From positions 39,405-103,404 of the forward strand of contig JASFYR010000022.1 of the NCBI GenBank assembly GCA_045047115.1: DNA of 64,000 nucleotides. The letters are read 5' to 3'. Positions 49,539 to 58,961 of the stretch are shown piece after piece. Origin of the DNA: Sulfurospirillum sp. (lineage in GTDB: Bacteria; Campylobacterota; Campylobacteria; Campylobacterales; Sulfurospirillaceae). The position numbers and the translations under genes were made by a program. Positions within the stretch are counted from its first letter, which is position 1. Every line of letters begins with the position of its first letter. Under the pieces are notes generated by a model. It did not search any database. It had not been told where the DNA came from and saw only the letters and a program-made list of their open reading frames with translations.

Positions 49539-51215
49539 ATGAAAGATTTACAACAAAATGAAACAAGTTTGATAACTAAAATTTTCTTTTTGCCGATTAT
49601 CTCAACAATTATAGCGGTTATAATTATCTCTGCAGGATATATTCTTGTCATGCAATCAATCAAGCATGATGAGTTAACCAAATGGTCAAATCACCTTTTA
49701 TCAGAGCAAAAAACTTTAATTAAAAACGCTGTTGTTAATCTTGATCAAGATATAAAAAATGAATTGTCTCTATCAAAACTGAAAACAAAACAAGAATTAA
49801 AAGCCAGAGTGTATCAGATGTCCTATCTCTTGGAAAAATTATCGAAAAAGTATAACAATAAAGAGTTAATCTATAGCATACTAAACTCTGCGAGATACGA
49901 TAATAACAAAAACTACTTTTTTGCCTATATAAGAAAAACCGGTGTAGTAAAAGTGCATATTTTCAAGAAAATGATAGGTAAAAATGTAAAATACAGGATA
50001 CTAAAAAACGGTATAAGCACATATAGGAGAAATGAAAGAGTTCTCGACAATAAAGAGCAAGAGGGTTATTTTAAAGTATATTTTGCAAAACCGGGAACCA
50101 AAGAAAAGAAATTTGAAAAGATAGATTTTATAAAATATATAAAGAATTTAGATTTGGTTATAGGAACCGGTGAATATGTGGATAGTTTAAGAAATAGATT
50201 AAAAAAAGCTGTTCTTCATAGAGTTCTCTTAAAAAGAGTTAAAAATAACGGATACTTTTTTATTGTAAATACCAAAGGTGTGTTGTTGTCTCATCCGTAT
50301 TTGATAGATAAAATTGGCAAGAGTATTTTAAATATAAAAGACATTGACCAAAAAGAGTTTATAAAGGAGATGATAGAAAAAACAAAAAATCATTCAGGAG
50401 GAAGTTTTGTCAGTTATAAATGGAAAGATCCAGACACAAACAAAATTGAACAAAAAATTACCTATGTGAAGTTAGATAAAAAATTAGGATGGATTATAGG
50501 AACAGGTTTTTATGCAGATAAAATATATTTTAAGATAAGTAAAGAAAAAAGCAAGATGGAGTCATATTTTAATCAAATGAATATATACATTTTTATTACG
50601 CTTCTGCTTTGTTTAGTGCCGATAGGAATTATATCTTTTCTGCTATCAAGTCACATAAGAAAGACATTTGATAGTTATAACTATGCTTTAAAGCGACAGA
50701 AACAGATAGCACGATATGAGGCAAATCATGACATACTTACCGGAGCAAACAATAGGACTGCATTTAATAAAGCTCTGGAAAAAGAGCTTATAAGAGCAAA
50801 AAGATATAGCAGAAACTTAACGATAGCCATGATAGATATAGATCATTTTAAAGTTATAAATGATACTTATGGACATCAGACAGGAGATTTGGTTTTGAAA
50901 AACTTGGTTTTATACTGTAACTCGCATATAAGAAAAAATGATTTTTTTGCAAGATGGGGTGGAGAGGAATTTATGCTTATTATGATCGAAACAAATGAAA
51001 AAGAAGCCAAAAAAATAGCCGAAAATTTAAGAATAGGTATAATTAATGATGCCAAGTCGGAAAAGAGTGTAAAATTTACCATAAGTATCGGTATAGCACA
51101 GCTTGATAATAAAAACGATAATATGGATAGTATAATACAGAAAGTAGATATTGCCTTGTACAACGCTAAAAGCCTGGGCAGAAACAGAGTTGAGGCATTT
51201 AAAGAACAAACATAG
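49539..51215 (+). CDS. Diguanylate cyclase with tandem periplasmic Cache domains
   Basis: Two TM helices, two YFF...IGTG Cache-like repeats, DIDHFK, RWGGEEF, AKSLGRNRV. Confidence 0.92.
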   Translation: MKDLQQNETSLITKIFFLPIISTIIAVIIISAGYILVMQSIKHDELTKWSNHLLSEQKTLIKNAVVNLDQDIKNELSLSKLKTKQELKARVYQMSYLLEKLSKKYNNKELIYSILNSARYDNNKNYFFAYIRKTGVVKVHIFKKMIGKNVKYRILKNGISTYRRNERVLDNKEQEGYFKVYFAKPGTKEKKFEKIDFIKYIKNLDLVIGTGEYVDSLRNRLKKAVLHRVLLKRVKNNGYFFIVNTKGVLLSHPYLIDKIGKSILNIKDIDQKEFIKEMIEKTKNHSGGSFVSYKWKDPDTNKIEQKITYVKLDKKLGWIIGTGFYADKIYFKISKEKSKMESYFNQMNIYIFITLLLCLVPIGIISFLLSSHIRKTFDSYNYALKRQKQIARYEANHDILTGANNRTAFNKALEKELIRAKRYSRNLTIAMIDIDHFKVINDTYGHQTGDLVLKNLVLYCNSHIRKNDFFARWGGEEFMLIMIETNEKEAKKIAENLRIGIINDAKSEKSVKFTISIGIAQLDNKNDNMDSIIQKVDIALYNAKSLGRNRVEAFKEQT

Positions 51216-51217
51216 TG

Positions 51218-51796
51218 CTATAAAAACAAAACTCTACACTCCATAGCTCCATGAGCACCTATAACTAAAGCCTGTTCTATGTCGGCGGTTTTTGATGGTC
51301 CGCTGATGAAAGTTCCAAAACCACCATTTTTAAACTCTATCTTCTTGTATGCTTCGTGCATTGTGTCAACTATTTCTTTTTTGTCGACCAGTATCAATAA
51401 TTTTCTGGCTATGAAGTATATGACTCTGTTTATATTATCGTTCTCTTTGATCCAAACTGCTCCGTTTTCTGCTACAGCAAATTCTCCTTTGATGATGGCC
51501 AAGTCTATATCTTTCAGTGCATGCGGGTTATCTATGTCGTTGATTTTTATATACTCTATCGGTAGATTCAGATTTGTGGCTATAAGACCTAAATTAGTGT
51601 AATTATTCTCTATGAAATCTTTTATATCTTCATCATTTTTCAACCAACTGGCCAATCCACCTACTGATTTTAATAGTGTTGCAAACTGTTCATTTTTATC
51701 TTTATATTTTATATGATTTACTTTAATTTCAGGTCTTGTTGTCGGTTTTAGATTTGCTTTTTTTATACTTTCTAGTATTTTATTTTTTGAGTTCAT
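51218..51796 (-). CDS. lutC: L-lactate utilization protein C
   Basis: AVAENGAVW, ISGPSKTADIEQALVIGAHG. Confidence 0.92.
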   Translation of the reverse strand: MNSKNKILESIKKANLKPTTRPEIKVNHIKYKDKNEQFATLLKSVGGLASWLKNDEDIKDFIENNYTNLGLIATNLNLPIEYIKINDIDNPHALKDIDLAIIKGEFAVAENGAVWIKENDNINRVIYFIARKLLILVDKKEIVDTMHEAYKKIEFKNGGFGTFISGPSKTADIEQALVIGAHGAMECRVLFL

Positions 51797-53159
51797 TTTG
51801 TCTCGCTTTATATAGCTCTTTAAAGCTGTTTTTTGGAAATTTTGGCAACTCTCTGTTCTTTCCCCAGATATTGTATTTTGAATAGAGTATCCATCTTGGT
51901 ATTAATGGCACTGTTTTTCTGGCTATTTTCCCACTTAAGTCCATAAGTACAGGGTGTTGCATGATAAAAGTTGCTATCTTTAAGGCTCTGTATTTGGTTT
52001 TATCCAAGAGTCCGGCACACACGACATCTTGTCTGTGAAGATAGAGTTGCTCGTGCAAATCAACTTTTACCGGACATATATTTGTGCAACTCGCACAAAG
52101 AGAGCATGCAAAAGGCAGTGTATAATTTTTCTTTATGTTGTGACTTGCCCCCAGTGTTGAGCCTATAGGCCCCGGTATTGTATAGCCATAGCTGTATCCA
52201 CCACTTCTGCGATAAATCGGGCAGGTGTTTATGCAAGCACCGCATCTTATACACTGTAAAGATTTCATGTATTTTTCATTTGCCAAAATCTCACTTCTTC
52301 CGTTGTCGACTATGACTATATGCATCTCCCCGTCTCTTTGTGGTGCGTGATAATGTGAAGTGTAGGTAGTTACAGGCTGCCCGGTAGCACTTCTTGCCAA
52401 CAGTCTGGTGAAAATAGCTAAATCCTCAAGTTTTGGTATAATTTTTTCAATTCCCATACAGGCAATATGGAGTTTTGGAAGACTTGCTCCCAAGTCTGCA
52501 TTTCCTTCATTTGTGCAGACTATGATACCGCCTGTTTCACTGATAGCAAAATTAACTCCGGTCAAGCTGGCATCGCTTGCTAAAAATTTCTCTCTCAAGT
52601 GCTCTCTTGCAGCATGTGTGAGATAAGTTGGATCACTGTTTCCTTTTTGGGTATGCAGAAACTCTTCAAAAGTGACTCCGACATCCTCTTTTTTGAGGTG
52701 AATTGCCGGTAAAACTATGTGAGAGGGTGGTTCATGTCTTAGTTGAACGATTCGCTCTCCAAGGTCAGTATCTACAACTTCTATGCCGTTTTTTTCCAAG
52801 AAAGGATTTAGATGACACTCTTCGGTAAGCATGGACTTGCTTTTTACCAGTTTTTTTGCACCTCTTTTTTCTAGAATATCCAAGACAATTTTATTGTGTT
52901 CATTTGCATCTTTTGCCCAATGCACCTCTATACCGTTTGCTTTAGCATTTTTTTCAAATTCTTCGAGATAAAAACCGAGTTTAGAGAGAGTGTGTGTTTT
53001 AATTTCATCTGCTTTAGCTCTTAACTCTTCCCACTCATCAAGAGAGTGAGCCTGTATGTCTCTTTTTTCACGCACAAACCAAAGTGCCTTATCGTGCCAC
53101 TTCATCCTTTTTGTATCAGATGCAAATTTGGCTGCACGCTCCGGATGTCCCATGCTCAT
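51780..53159 (-). CDS. lutB: L-lactate utilization Fe-S protein B
   Basis: VKSKSM, TDLGE, PSHIVLPAIH, CIRCGACINTCP, CSLCASCTNICP. Confidence 0.94.
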   Translation of the reverse strand: MSMGHPERAAKFASDTKRMKWHDKALWFVREKRDIQAHSLDEWEELRAKADEIKTHTLSKLGFYLEEFEKNAKANGIEVHWAKDANEHNKIVLDILEKRGAKKLVKSKSMLTEECHLNPFLEKNGIEVVDTDLGERIVQLRHEPPSHIVLPAIHLKKEDVGVTFEEFLHTQKGNSDPTYLTHAAREHLREKFLASDASLTGVNFAISETGGIIVCTNEGNADLGASLPKLHIACMGIEKIIPKLEDLAIFTRLLARSATGQPVTTYTSHYHAPQRDGEMHIVIVDNGRSEILANEKYMKSLQCIRCGACINTCPIYRRSGGYSYGYTIPGPIGSTLGASHNIKKNYTLPFACSLCASCTNICPVKVDLHEQLYLHRQDVVCAGLLDKTKYRALKIATFIMQHPVLMDLSGKIARKTVPLIPRWILYSKYNIWGKNRELPKFPKNSFKELYKARQNELKK

Positions 53160-53902
53160 TTTAGCCCCTTTGCTAGAATTTGACCGATATATATGGTCTG
53201 GATAGGAAGTTTGTCTCTATCTATGATGCCTTGCATATGCATAAGGCAAGACATATCTACGCCTGTTATATACTTACTGCCTGAACTCAGGTGGTCTAGC
53301 ACTCTTGCTCTTCCCATAGCTACACTCATAGCCTCCTCACTTATAGCAAAAGTTCCACCAAAACCGCAACATTCGTCATTTCGTTTTAGTGTGGCAAAGG
53401 ATATGCCCTCTACCATATTTAAAATATCTCTTATCTTTGAAAATGGAGCTATGTTTCTTTCACTCATCGAAGCTAATCCCAACTCTCTGTGCGCATGACA
53501 AGAGTTGTGGATGCCAACTTTATAAGGAAAGCTTACATGCAAAGCTTTTGGCTTGATTATGTCGTGTATAAATTCTATAAGCTCAAATGTATTGTTTTTG
53601 ATATGTTCAAAGCCATCCATGCCTTCTAAAAATTGTGCATAGTTAAATCTAACCATACTGACACAGCTTCCGCTAGGGGCTACTATATAATCATATTTTT
53701 TAAATATATCCAAAAATCTTTTGGCTAAAATTGCAGTTTCACCGGCACATCCCGTATTTGCCTGAGCCTGTCCGCAACAAGTCTGCTCTAACGGATACTC
53801 AACATCCAAGCCAAAACTCTCTAAAATCTTCAGCGTATCCATAGATGCTTCAGGATAGAGTTCATTCATGAAGCAAGGTATAAAAAGTCCTATTTTATAC
53901 AT
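53156..53902 (-). CDS. lutA: L-lactate utilization protein A (CCG domains)
   Basis: QTCCGQ, PSGSC, HNSCH, ECCGFGGTF, SCLMH. Confidence 0.93.
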   Translation of the reverse strand: MYKIGLFIPCFMNELYPEASMDTLKILESFGLDVEYPLEQTCCGQAQANTGCAGETAILAKRFLDIFKKYDYIVAPSGSCVSMVRFNYAQFLEGMDGFEHIKNNTFELIEFIHDIIKPKALHVSFPYKVGIHNSCHAHRELGLASMSERNIAPFSKIRDILNMVEGISFATLKRNDECCGFGGTFAISEEAMSVAMGRARVLDHLSSGSKYITGVDMSCLMHMQGIIDRDKLPIQTIYIGQILAKGLK

Positions 53903-54109
53903 TTATTTCTCCTTTTTACGGAAGTGAATTCCTCTCAACCAAAGCTATGCCCTTGGCGAGAATTATATTGATTTTTTTAATTTTACAATTTATATATAAT
54001 ATATGTATGATAATAGCCTGCTAGCCAAACAGAGTTTGTAAAAATGCCTCTATAAGCAATACTCCTATGGTTAAAGACAGTATGATAAGTATAAGTGGTA
54101 AGTATCTTT

Positions 54110-54736
54110 TCATTTGTGTATGAAAGCTAGTTTAAGTGCTAAGAGTCCAAAAACAGTTCCTGCTATTTTGTTTAGGATTGCTTCGCCATTTTTTGTTTTG
54201 TTAAACCATGCTCCTATTTTAGCAGCAAGGAGACTGATAGAGCTAAAGACGACTAAGGCACAAAGTATAAATATAAAACCGAGTAAAAATATTTGTATGG
54301 TCACGCTTCCGTTTTGCGGATTTGTAAATTGTGGTAAGAATGCCAAGAAAAATATAGATACTTTAGGATTTGTTATATTCATAAAAATCCCCCTTCTATA
54401 TAATTTTTTATAAGTAAACTCTTTGTGATTTGCTTTTATGTGATGAGGCAAGGAACTTTTGAAAGAGAGATAAGCAAGGTAAAGTAGATATGAAGCACCT
54501 ATATATTTTAGGATATTAAATGCCAATTCAGAAGTCTGAAATATAGCTGCAATTCCAAGAGCAACAGCAGTTGTATGTACTATAAGTCCTGTACATAGCC
54601 CCAGTGTGACAAAAATTCCCGGTTTTGCACCCTTACTCATGGATTGGGTTAAGACAAAGATATTATCAGGTCCCGGAGCCAAAGCCAGTAAAGTGGATGC
54701 TGTGATAAAAAGCAAAATTGTATCTACACTCAGCAT
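54110..54736 (-). CDS. LysE/RhtB family exporter
   Basis: APGPDN, LKYIGASYLLYLA, NITNPK, FFLAFLPQF. Confidence 0.93.
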   Translation of the reverse strand: MLSVDTILLFITASTLLALAPGPDNIFVLTQSMSKGAKPGIFVTLGLCTGLIVHTTAVALGIAAIFQTSELAFNILKYIGASYLLYLAYLSFKSSLPHHIKANHKEFTYKKLYRRGIFMNITNPKVSIFFLAFLPQFTNPQNGSVTIQIFLLGFIFILCALVVFSSISLLAAKIGAWFNKTKNGEAILNKIAGTVFGLLALKLAFIHK

Positions 54737-54821
54737 ATAAACATCCTTTAAATATTTTCTTTATTTTATCATTTTAAGTGTTTATGTATGATAAAATAGA
54801 GATAAAAAATGGAGTTTTTAT

Positions 54822-55115
54822 ATGAGTATTACCAAGAGAGTAACATTTATAGCAAAAGAGGGTTACCAAGAGAAGCTAAAAGAACTTTTAGAGGCTATGG
54901 TTGTGCCGTCCAAGGCTGAAGCCGGATGTCTTAATTATAATATCTACCAATACAAAGAAAATCCTAGAAAATTTATGGCAGTAGAGACTTGGGCCGATGA
55001 TGCGTCGCTTAACGGACACAAAAATTCAGCGCATTATAAGATTTATAAAGCTTCATATGAGCCATATACTCAAGATAAATATTCAAATGACCTTGAGTTT
55101 TTAGTAACTCTTTAA
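54822..55115 (+). CDS. ABM-fold protein (LsrG/quinol monooxygenase family)
   Basis: 97 aa; EAGCLNY...ETW...HKNSAHYK pattern; TAATG coupling to next gene. Confidence 0.85.
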   Translation: MSITKRVTFIAKEGYQEKLKELLEAMVVPSKAEAGCLNYNIYQYKENPRKFMAVETWADDASLNGHKNSAHYKIYKASYEPYTQDKYSNDLEFLVTL

Positions 55116-56287
55116 TGGAAAATCTATGGGACTACACAGAGTCCAAAACATTCGAGGGAGATTTAAATCTTAGAGTCTATACTTCAAATCTACTGGGCCG
55201 TAGCTCGGATTTAGTGTTGCATGGTGGTGGAAATACATCAGTAAAATCAAAGGTAGATGATGAAGATATACTTTTTGTAAAAGGCAGTGGATGGGATTTG
55301 ATTTCTATTGAAGCTGAGGGTTTCTCTCCTGTTGGATTAGATGCGCTTATAGAGATGGCAAAGCTAGAAAAATTAAGCGATTGCGATATGGTGACTTCTC
55401 AAAAAGCGGCGATGATAAATCCAACTGCACCAAATCCATCAGTTGAAGCTATACTGCACGCACTTATACCATTTAAGTTTGTTGATCATACCCATGCAGA
55501 TGCAATAGTCACTATATCAAACTCAAAAAATGGTGCCAAAATCATAGAGGAGCTTTTTCCAAATTTTTTGATAGTTCCTTATGTGATGCCAGGCTTCATA
55601 CTTGCCAAAAAGATATATGAGATGACACAAGATTTTGATTGGTCGATGTGTGACGGTATCATTTTGCATAATCACGGTATTTTTACCTTTGACAATGATG
55701 CCAAAAAATCTTATGACAATATGATAAAAACAGTAACTAAAGCAGAAGATTATTTAGATGAATTTGCTTTTGTGGAATTTAAGCCTTTACATGTGGAGAA
55801 AGATTTTGATATGCAAAGATTGCAAGATATTATGTCTGCCGAAAAAGGATATGATGTTTCTATGCATATAAACCAGTCAGATTTAGCAAAATTTTATGCT
55901 TCAAAAAAAGATCTTTCATCGTTTTCCTCAAGGGGAGTTTTAACGCCTGAACATATCATTAGAACAAAAAGAGTTCCTCTGATTTTAGAAGAGGATGATG
56001 TTTTAAAGGCTATTGAAGATTTTAAGCAAAATTATATCAGTTATTTTCAAAGATATGCAAAAGGTGAGATATGCCTAAACCCTGCACCAAATTATGCAGT
56101 CATAAAAAACATTGGAGTAGTAACATTTGGTAAAAATGAAAAGGAAGCAAATATCTTAAATGATATTATAGAGCATACAATGCTAGCAGTCCTAAGAGCG
56201 GATAAATTGGGTGGTTATCAAAGCATAAGTGAAAAAGATAGCTTTGATATGGAGTATTGGGAACTAGAGCAGGCGAAACTAAAATGA
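55115..56287 (+). CDS. Class II aldolase/adducin family protein (aldolase half of RhaEW-type enzymes, no SDR domain)
   Basis: LVLHGGGNTSVK, VKGSGWDL, PSVEAILH, VDHTHAD, LHNHG, ends at MEYWELEQAKL. Confidence 0.9.
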   Translation: MENLWDYTESKTFEGDLNLRVYTSNLLGRSSDLVLHGGGNTSVKSKVDDEDILFVKGSGWDLISIEAEGFSPVGLDALIEMAKLEKLSDCDMVTSQKAAMINPTAPNPSVEAILHALIPFKFVDHTHADAIVTISNSKNGAKIIEELFPNFLIVPYVMPGFILAKKIYEMTQDFDWSMCDGIILHNHGIFTFDNDAKKSYDNMIKTVTKAEDYLDEFAFVEFKPLHVEKDFDMQRLQDIMSAEKGYDVSMHINQSDLAKFYASKKDLSSFSSRGVLTPEHIIRTKRVPLILEEDDVLKAIEDFKQNYISYFQRYAKGEICLNPAPNYAVIKNIGVVTFGKNEKEANILNDIIEHTMLAVLRADKLGGYQSISEKDSFDMEYWELEQAKLK

Positions 56288-57846
56288 AATTTTTGATGGC
56301 TATAGATGCTGGAACAGGAAGTGTTAGAGCAGTTATCTTTGATACTTTGGGAAATCAAATAAGTGTGGCTAGTGCAGAGTGGATACACTTAGAAGAACCA
56401 GATGTAAAAAACAGTATGAGTTTTGATTTTAAGAAAAATTGGACTCTTGTATGTGAGTGTGTCAAAGAATCCATAGCAAAAGCAGATATAGATGCTAAGG
56501 ATATTTTAGCTTTGAGTGCTACAAGTATGCGTGAAGGAATTTTGCTCTATGACAAAGATGGAAATGAGCTTTGGGGAGTAGCAAATGTTGATGCAAGAGC
56601 AGATGAAGAAGTTTTGTATCTTAAAGAGAATTTTAAGGGTATAGAGGAAGAATTTTATAAAAAATCAGGTCAAACATTTGCCCTGGGGGCACTTCCTAGA
56701 ATTTTATGGCTTAAAAACAATAGACCTGAAATATATGATAAAGTTGCAATAATTTCTATGATAGGAGATTGGATTTTAGCAAAATTTTGCGGAACAGTCG
56801 CTACTGACCCCAGCAATGGAGGAACAACAGGTATATTTTCACTAAAAGAAAGAGCTTGGGTGCCTGGGATGGCTAAACAAATCGGTTTAAAAGATGATAT
56901 TTTTCCGCCTGTTTATGAAACTGGAACAGAAATAGGATATGTGAGTGAGAAAGCTTCAATGCAAAGTGGATTAACTACTCATGCCAAAGTGGTTATGGGT
57001 GGTGGTGATGTTCAACTTGGATGTGCAGGTTTAGGTGTGGTTGAAGAGGGAGATGTTGCGATTTTAGGTGGTTCGTTTTGGCAACAGGTTATAAATATCC
57101 CAAGTGTTACACTTCCACCAAAAGATATGTCTATTCGGGTAAATCCACATGTAGTGGGAGGACTTTCCCAGGCTGAGGGCATTACATTTTTCAGTGGACT
57201 TGTGATGCGATGGTTTAGAGATGCTTTTTGTGACGCAGAAAAATTAGAAGCAAATGAAAAAGGTGTTGATGTATACAGCATTTTAGAAGAGAAAGCAAAG
57301 AGCGTTCCTGTGGGTTCAAACGGAATCATTCCGATATTTTCAGATAGCATGAATTATGGAAAATGGTATCATGCCAGTCCCAGTTTCTTAAATCTTTCTA
57401 TCGATCCGCTTATTTGCAATAGAGTTTCCATGTTTAGGAGCTTAGAAGAAAATGCTTGTATAATCTCAGCCATAAATTTAGAAAAAATCAAAGAATTTAC
57501 AAACATAAAACCCAAAGAGATAGTTTTTGCAGGAGGAGCGAGCAAAGGGGAGCTTTGGTGTCAAATCCTAAGTGATGTCACAGGTTGTCACATAAAAATT
57601 CCAAAAGTCACAGAAGCTACTTCCTTGGGAGCTGCGATGAGTGCAGGAGTGGGGGCAGGAGTCTATCAAGACATAAAAAGTGCAGCCAAAGAGTTAGTAA
57701 TTTGGAATAAAACTTATAAACCAAATTTGCAAAATACAAAAAAATATGAACAAATCAAACAAAAATGGAAAAAAGCATACAAAGAACAGTTAAAACTAGT
57801 AGATAAAAACATAACAACCTCTATGTGGAAAGCACCTGGACTTTAG
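56284..57846 (+). CDS. lsrK: Autoinducer-2 (DPD) kinase, FGGY family
   Basis: LMAIDAGTGSVRAVIFD..GNQI...EW.H, SMREG, ANVDARA, GGGDVQLG, GGSFWQQ, WYHASPSF, C-terminal TTSMWKAPGL all match LsrK; ATGA overlap with aldolase. Confidence 0.92.
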   Translation: MKFLMAIDAGTGSVRAVIFDTLGNQISVASAEWIHLEEPDVKNSMSFDFKKNWTLVCECVKESIAKADIDAKDILALSATSMREGILLYDKDGNELWGVANVDARADEEVLYLKENFKGIEEEFYKKSGQTFALGALPRILWLKNNRPEIYDKVAIISMIGDWILAKFCGTVATDPSNGGTTGIFSLKERAWVPGMAKQIGLKDDIFPPVYETGTEIGYVSEKASMQSGLTTHAKVVMGGGDVQLGCAGLGVVEEGDVAILGGSFWQQVINIPSVTLPPKDMSIRVNPHVVGGLSQAEGITFFSGLVMRWFRDAFCDAEKLEANEKGVDVYSILEEKAKSVPVGSNGIIPIFSDSMNYGKWYHASPSFLNLSIDPLICNRVSMFRSLEENACIISAINLEKIKEFTNIKPKEIVFAGGASKGELWCQILSDVTGCHIKIPKVTEATSLGAAMSAGVGAGVYQDIKSAAKELVIWNKTYKPNLQNTKKYEQIKQKWKKAYKEQLKLVDKNITTSMWKAPGL

Positions 57847-57911
57847 AGTTTTTCTTTTGTTTAATCAATTTTTTGTATAATAGTAAAATTATTTAATTAG
57901 TGGAGTGATAA

Positions 57912-58958
57912 ATGTCAAGAATGACAAATGCCCAAGCATTGAAACTGATACAAAATGCAGATTTAAGTGAACTTGGGCGGCTAGCAACTAAAAGAAAAAG
58001 AGAGTTGCACCCTAAAAAAGTTACCACTTTTGTAGTCGATAGAAATATAAACTATACAAATGTCTGTTGGGTTGATTGTAAATTTTGTGCTTTTTACAGG
58101 CATGCAAACGCTGACGATGCTTATGTGCTGAGTTTTGAAGAGATTGGAAAAAAGATTGAAGAGCTCCTTGATATCGGTGGCACTCAGATACTTTTTCAAG
58201 GTGGCGTTCATCCGAAGCTCAAGATTGAGTGGTATGAAGATTTGGTAGGGTGGATAAGTAAAAATTATCCAACTATCACGATACACGGTTTTTCTGCCAT
58301 AGAGATAGATTATATTGCAAAAATCTCTAAAATCTCTTATATGGAGGTATTGCAGAGATTGCATGCAAAGGGTCTTTTCTCCATACCCGGAGCAGGAGCT
58401 GAGATACTCAGCGATAAGGTTAGAGATATTATTGCCCCCAAAAAACTAGATACCAAAGACTGGATAGATGTGCATAGACAAGCTCATAAGATAGGTATAA
58501 AATCGACTGCTACGATGATGTTTGGCACAGTAGAGAGTGATGAAGATATCATAGAACATTGGGAGCATATAAGAGATCTTCAGGATGAAACAGGCGGTTT
58601 TAGAGCCTATATCATGTGGAGCTTTCAATCAGCAAACACAAGACTCAAACAAGAGTACCCCGAGCTTAAAAAACAGTCTTCAAATCGCTATTTAAGGCTT
58701 TTGGCAGTCAGTAGACTCTATCTTGATAACTTTAAAAATATCCAAAGTTCCTGGGTGACACAAGGTAGTTATATAGGTCAATTGGCTCTGCTTTTTGGAG
58801 CAAATGATTTAGGAAGTACGATGATGGAAGAAAATGTCGTAAGCGCAGCAGGGGTACAAAATAGAATGAACCAAGAAGAGATGATAAAACTCATCAAAGA
58901 TATAGATGAGTTTCCAGCCAAAAGAGATACAGCATATAACATACTCGAGAGGTTTTAG
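57912..58958 (+). CDS. mqnC: Cyclic dehypoxanthinyl futalosine synthase (radical SAM)
   Basis: DRNINYTNVCWVDCKFCAF, QGGVHP, PGAGAEIL, TATMMFG, GANDLGSTMMEENVV. Confidence 0.94.
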   Translation: MSRMTNAQALKLIQNADLSELGRLATKRKRELHPKKVTTFVVDRNINYTNVCWVDCKFCAFYRHANADDAYVLSFEEIGKKIEELLDIGGTQILFQGGVHPKLKIEWYEDLVGWISKNYPTITIHGFSAIEIDYIAKISKISYMEVLQRLHAKGLFSIPGAGAEILSDKVRDIIAPKKLDTKDWIDVHRQAHKIGIKSTATMMFGTVESDEDIIEHWEHIRDLQDETGGFRAYIMWSFQSANTRLKQEYPELKKQSSNRYLRLLAVSRLYLDNFKNIQSSWVTQGSYIGQLALLFGANDLGSTMMEENVVSAAGVQNRMNQEEMIKLIKDIDEFPAKRDTAYNILERF

Positions 58959-58961
58959 ATA

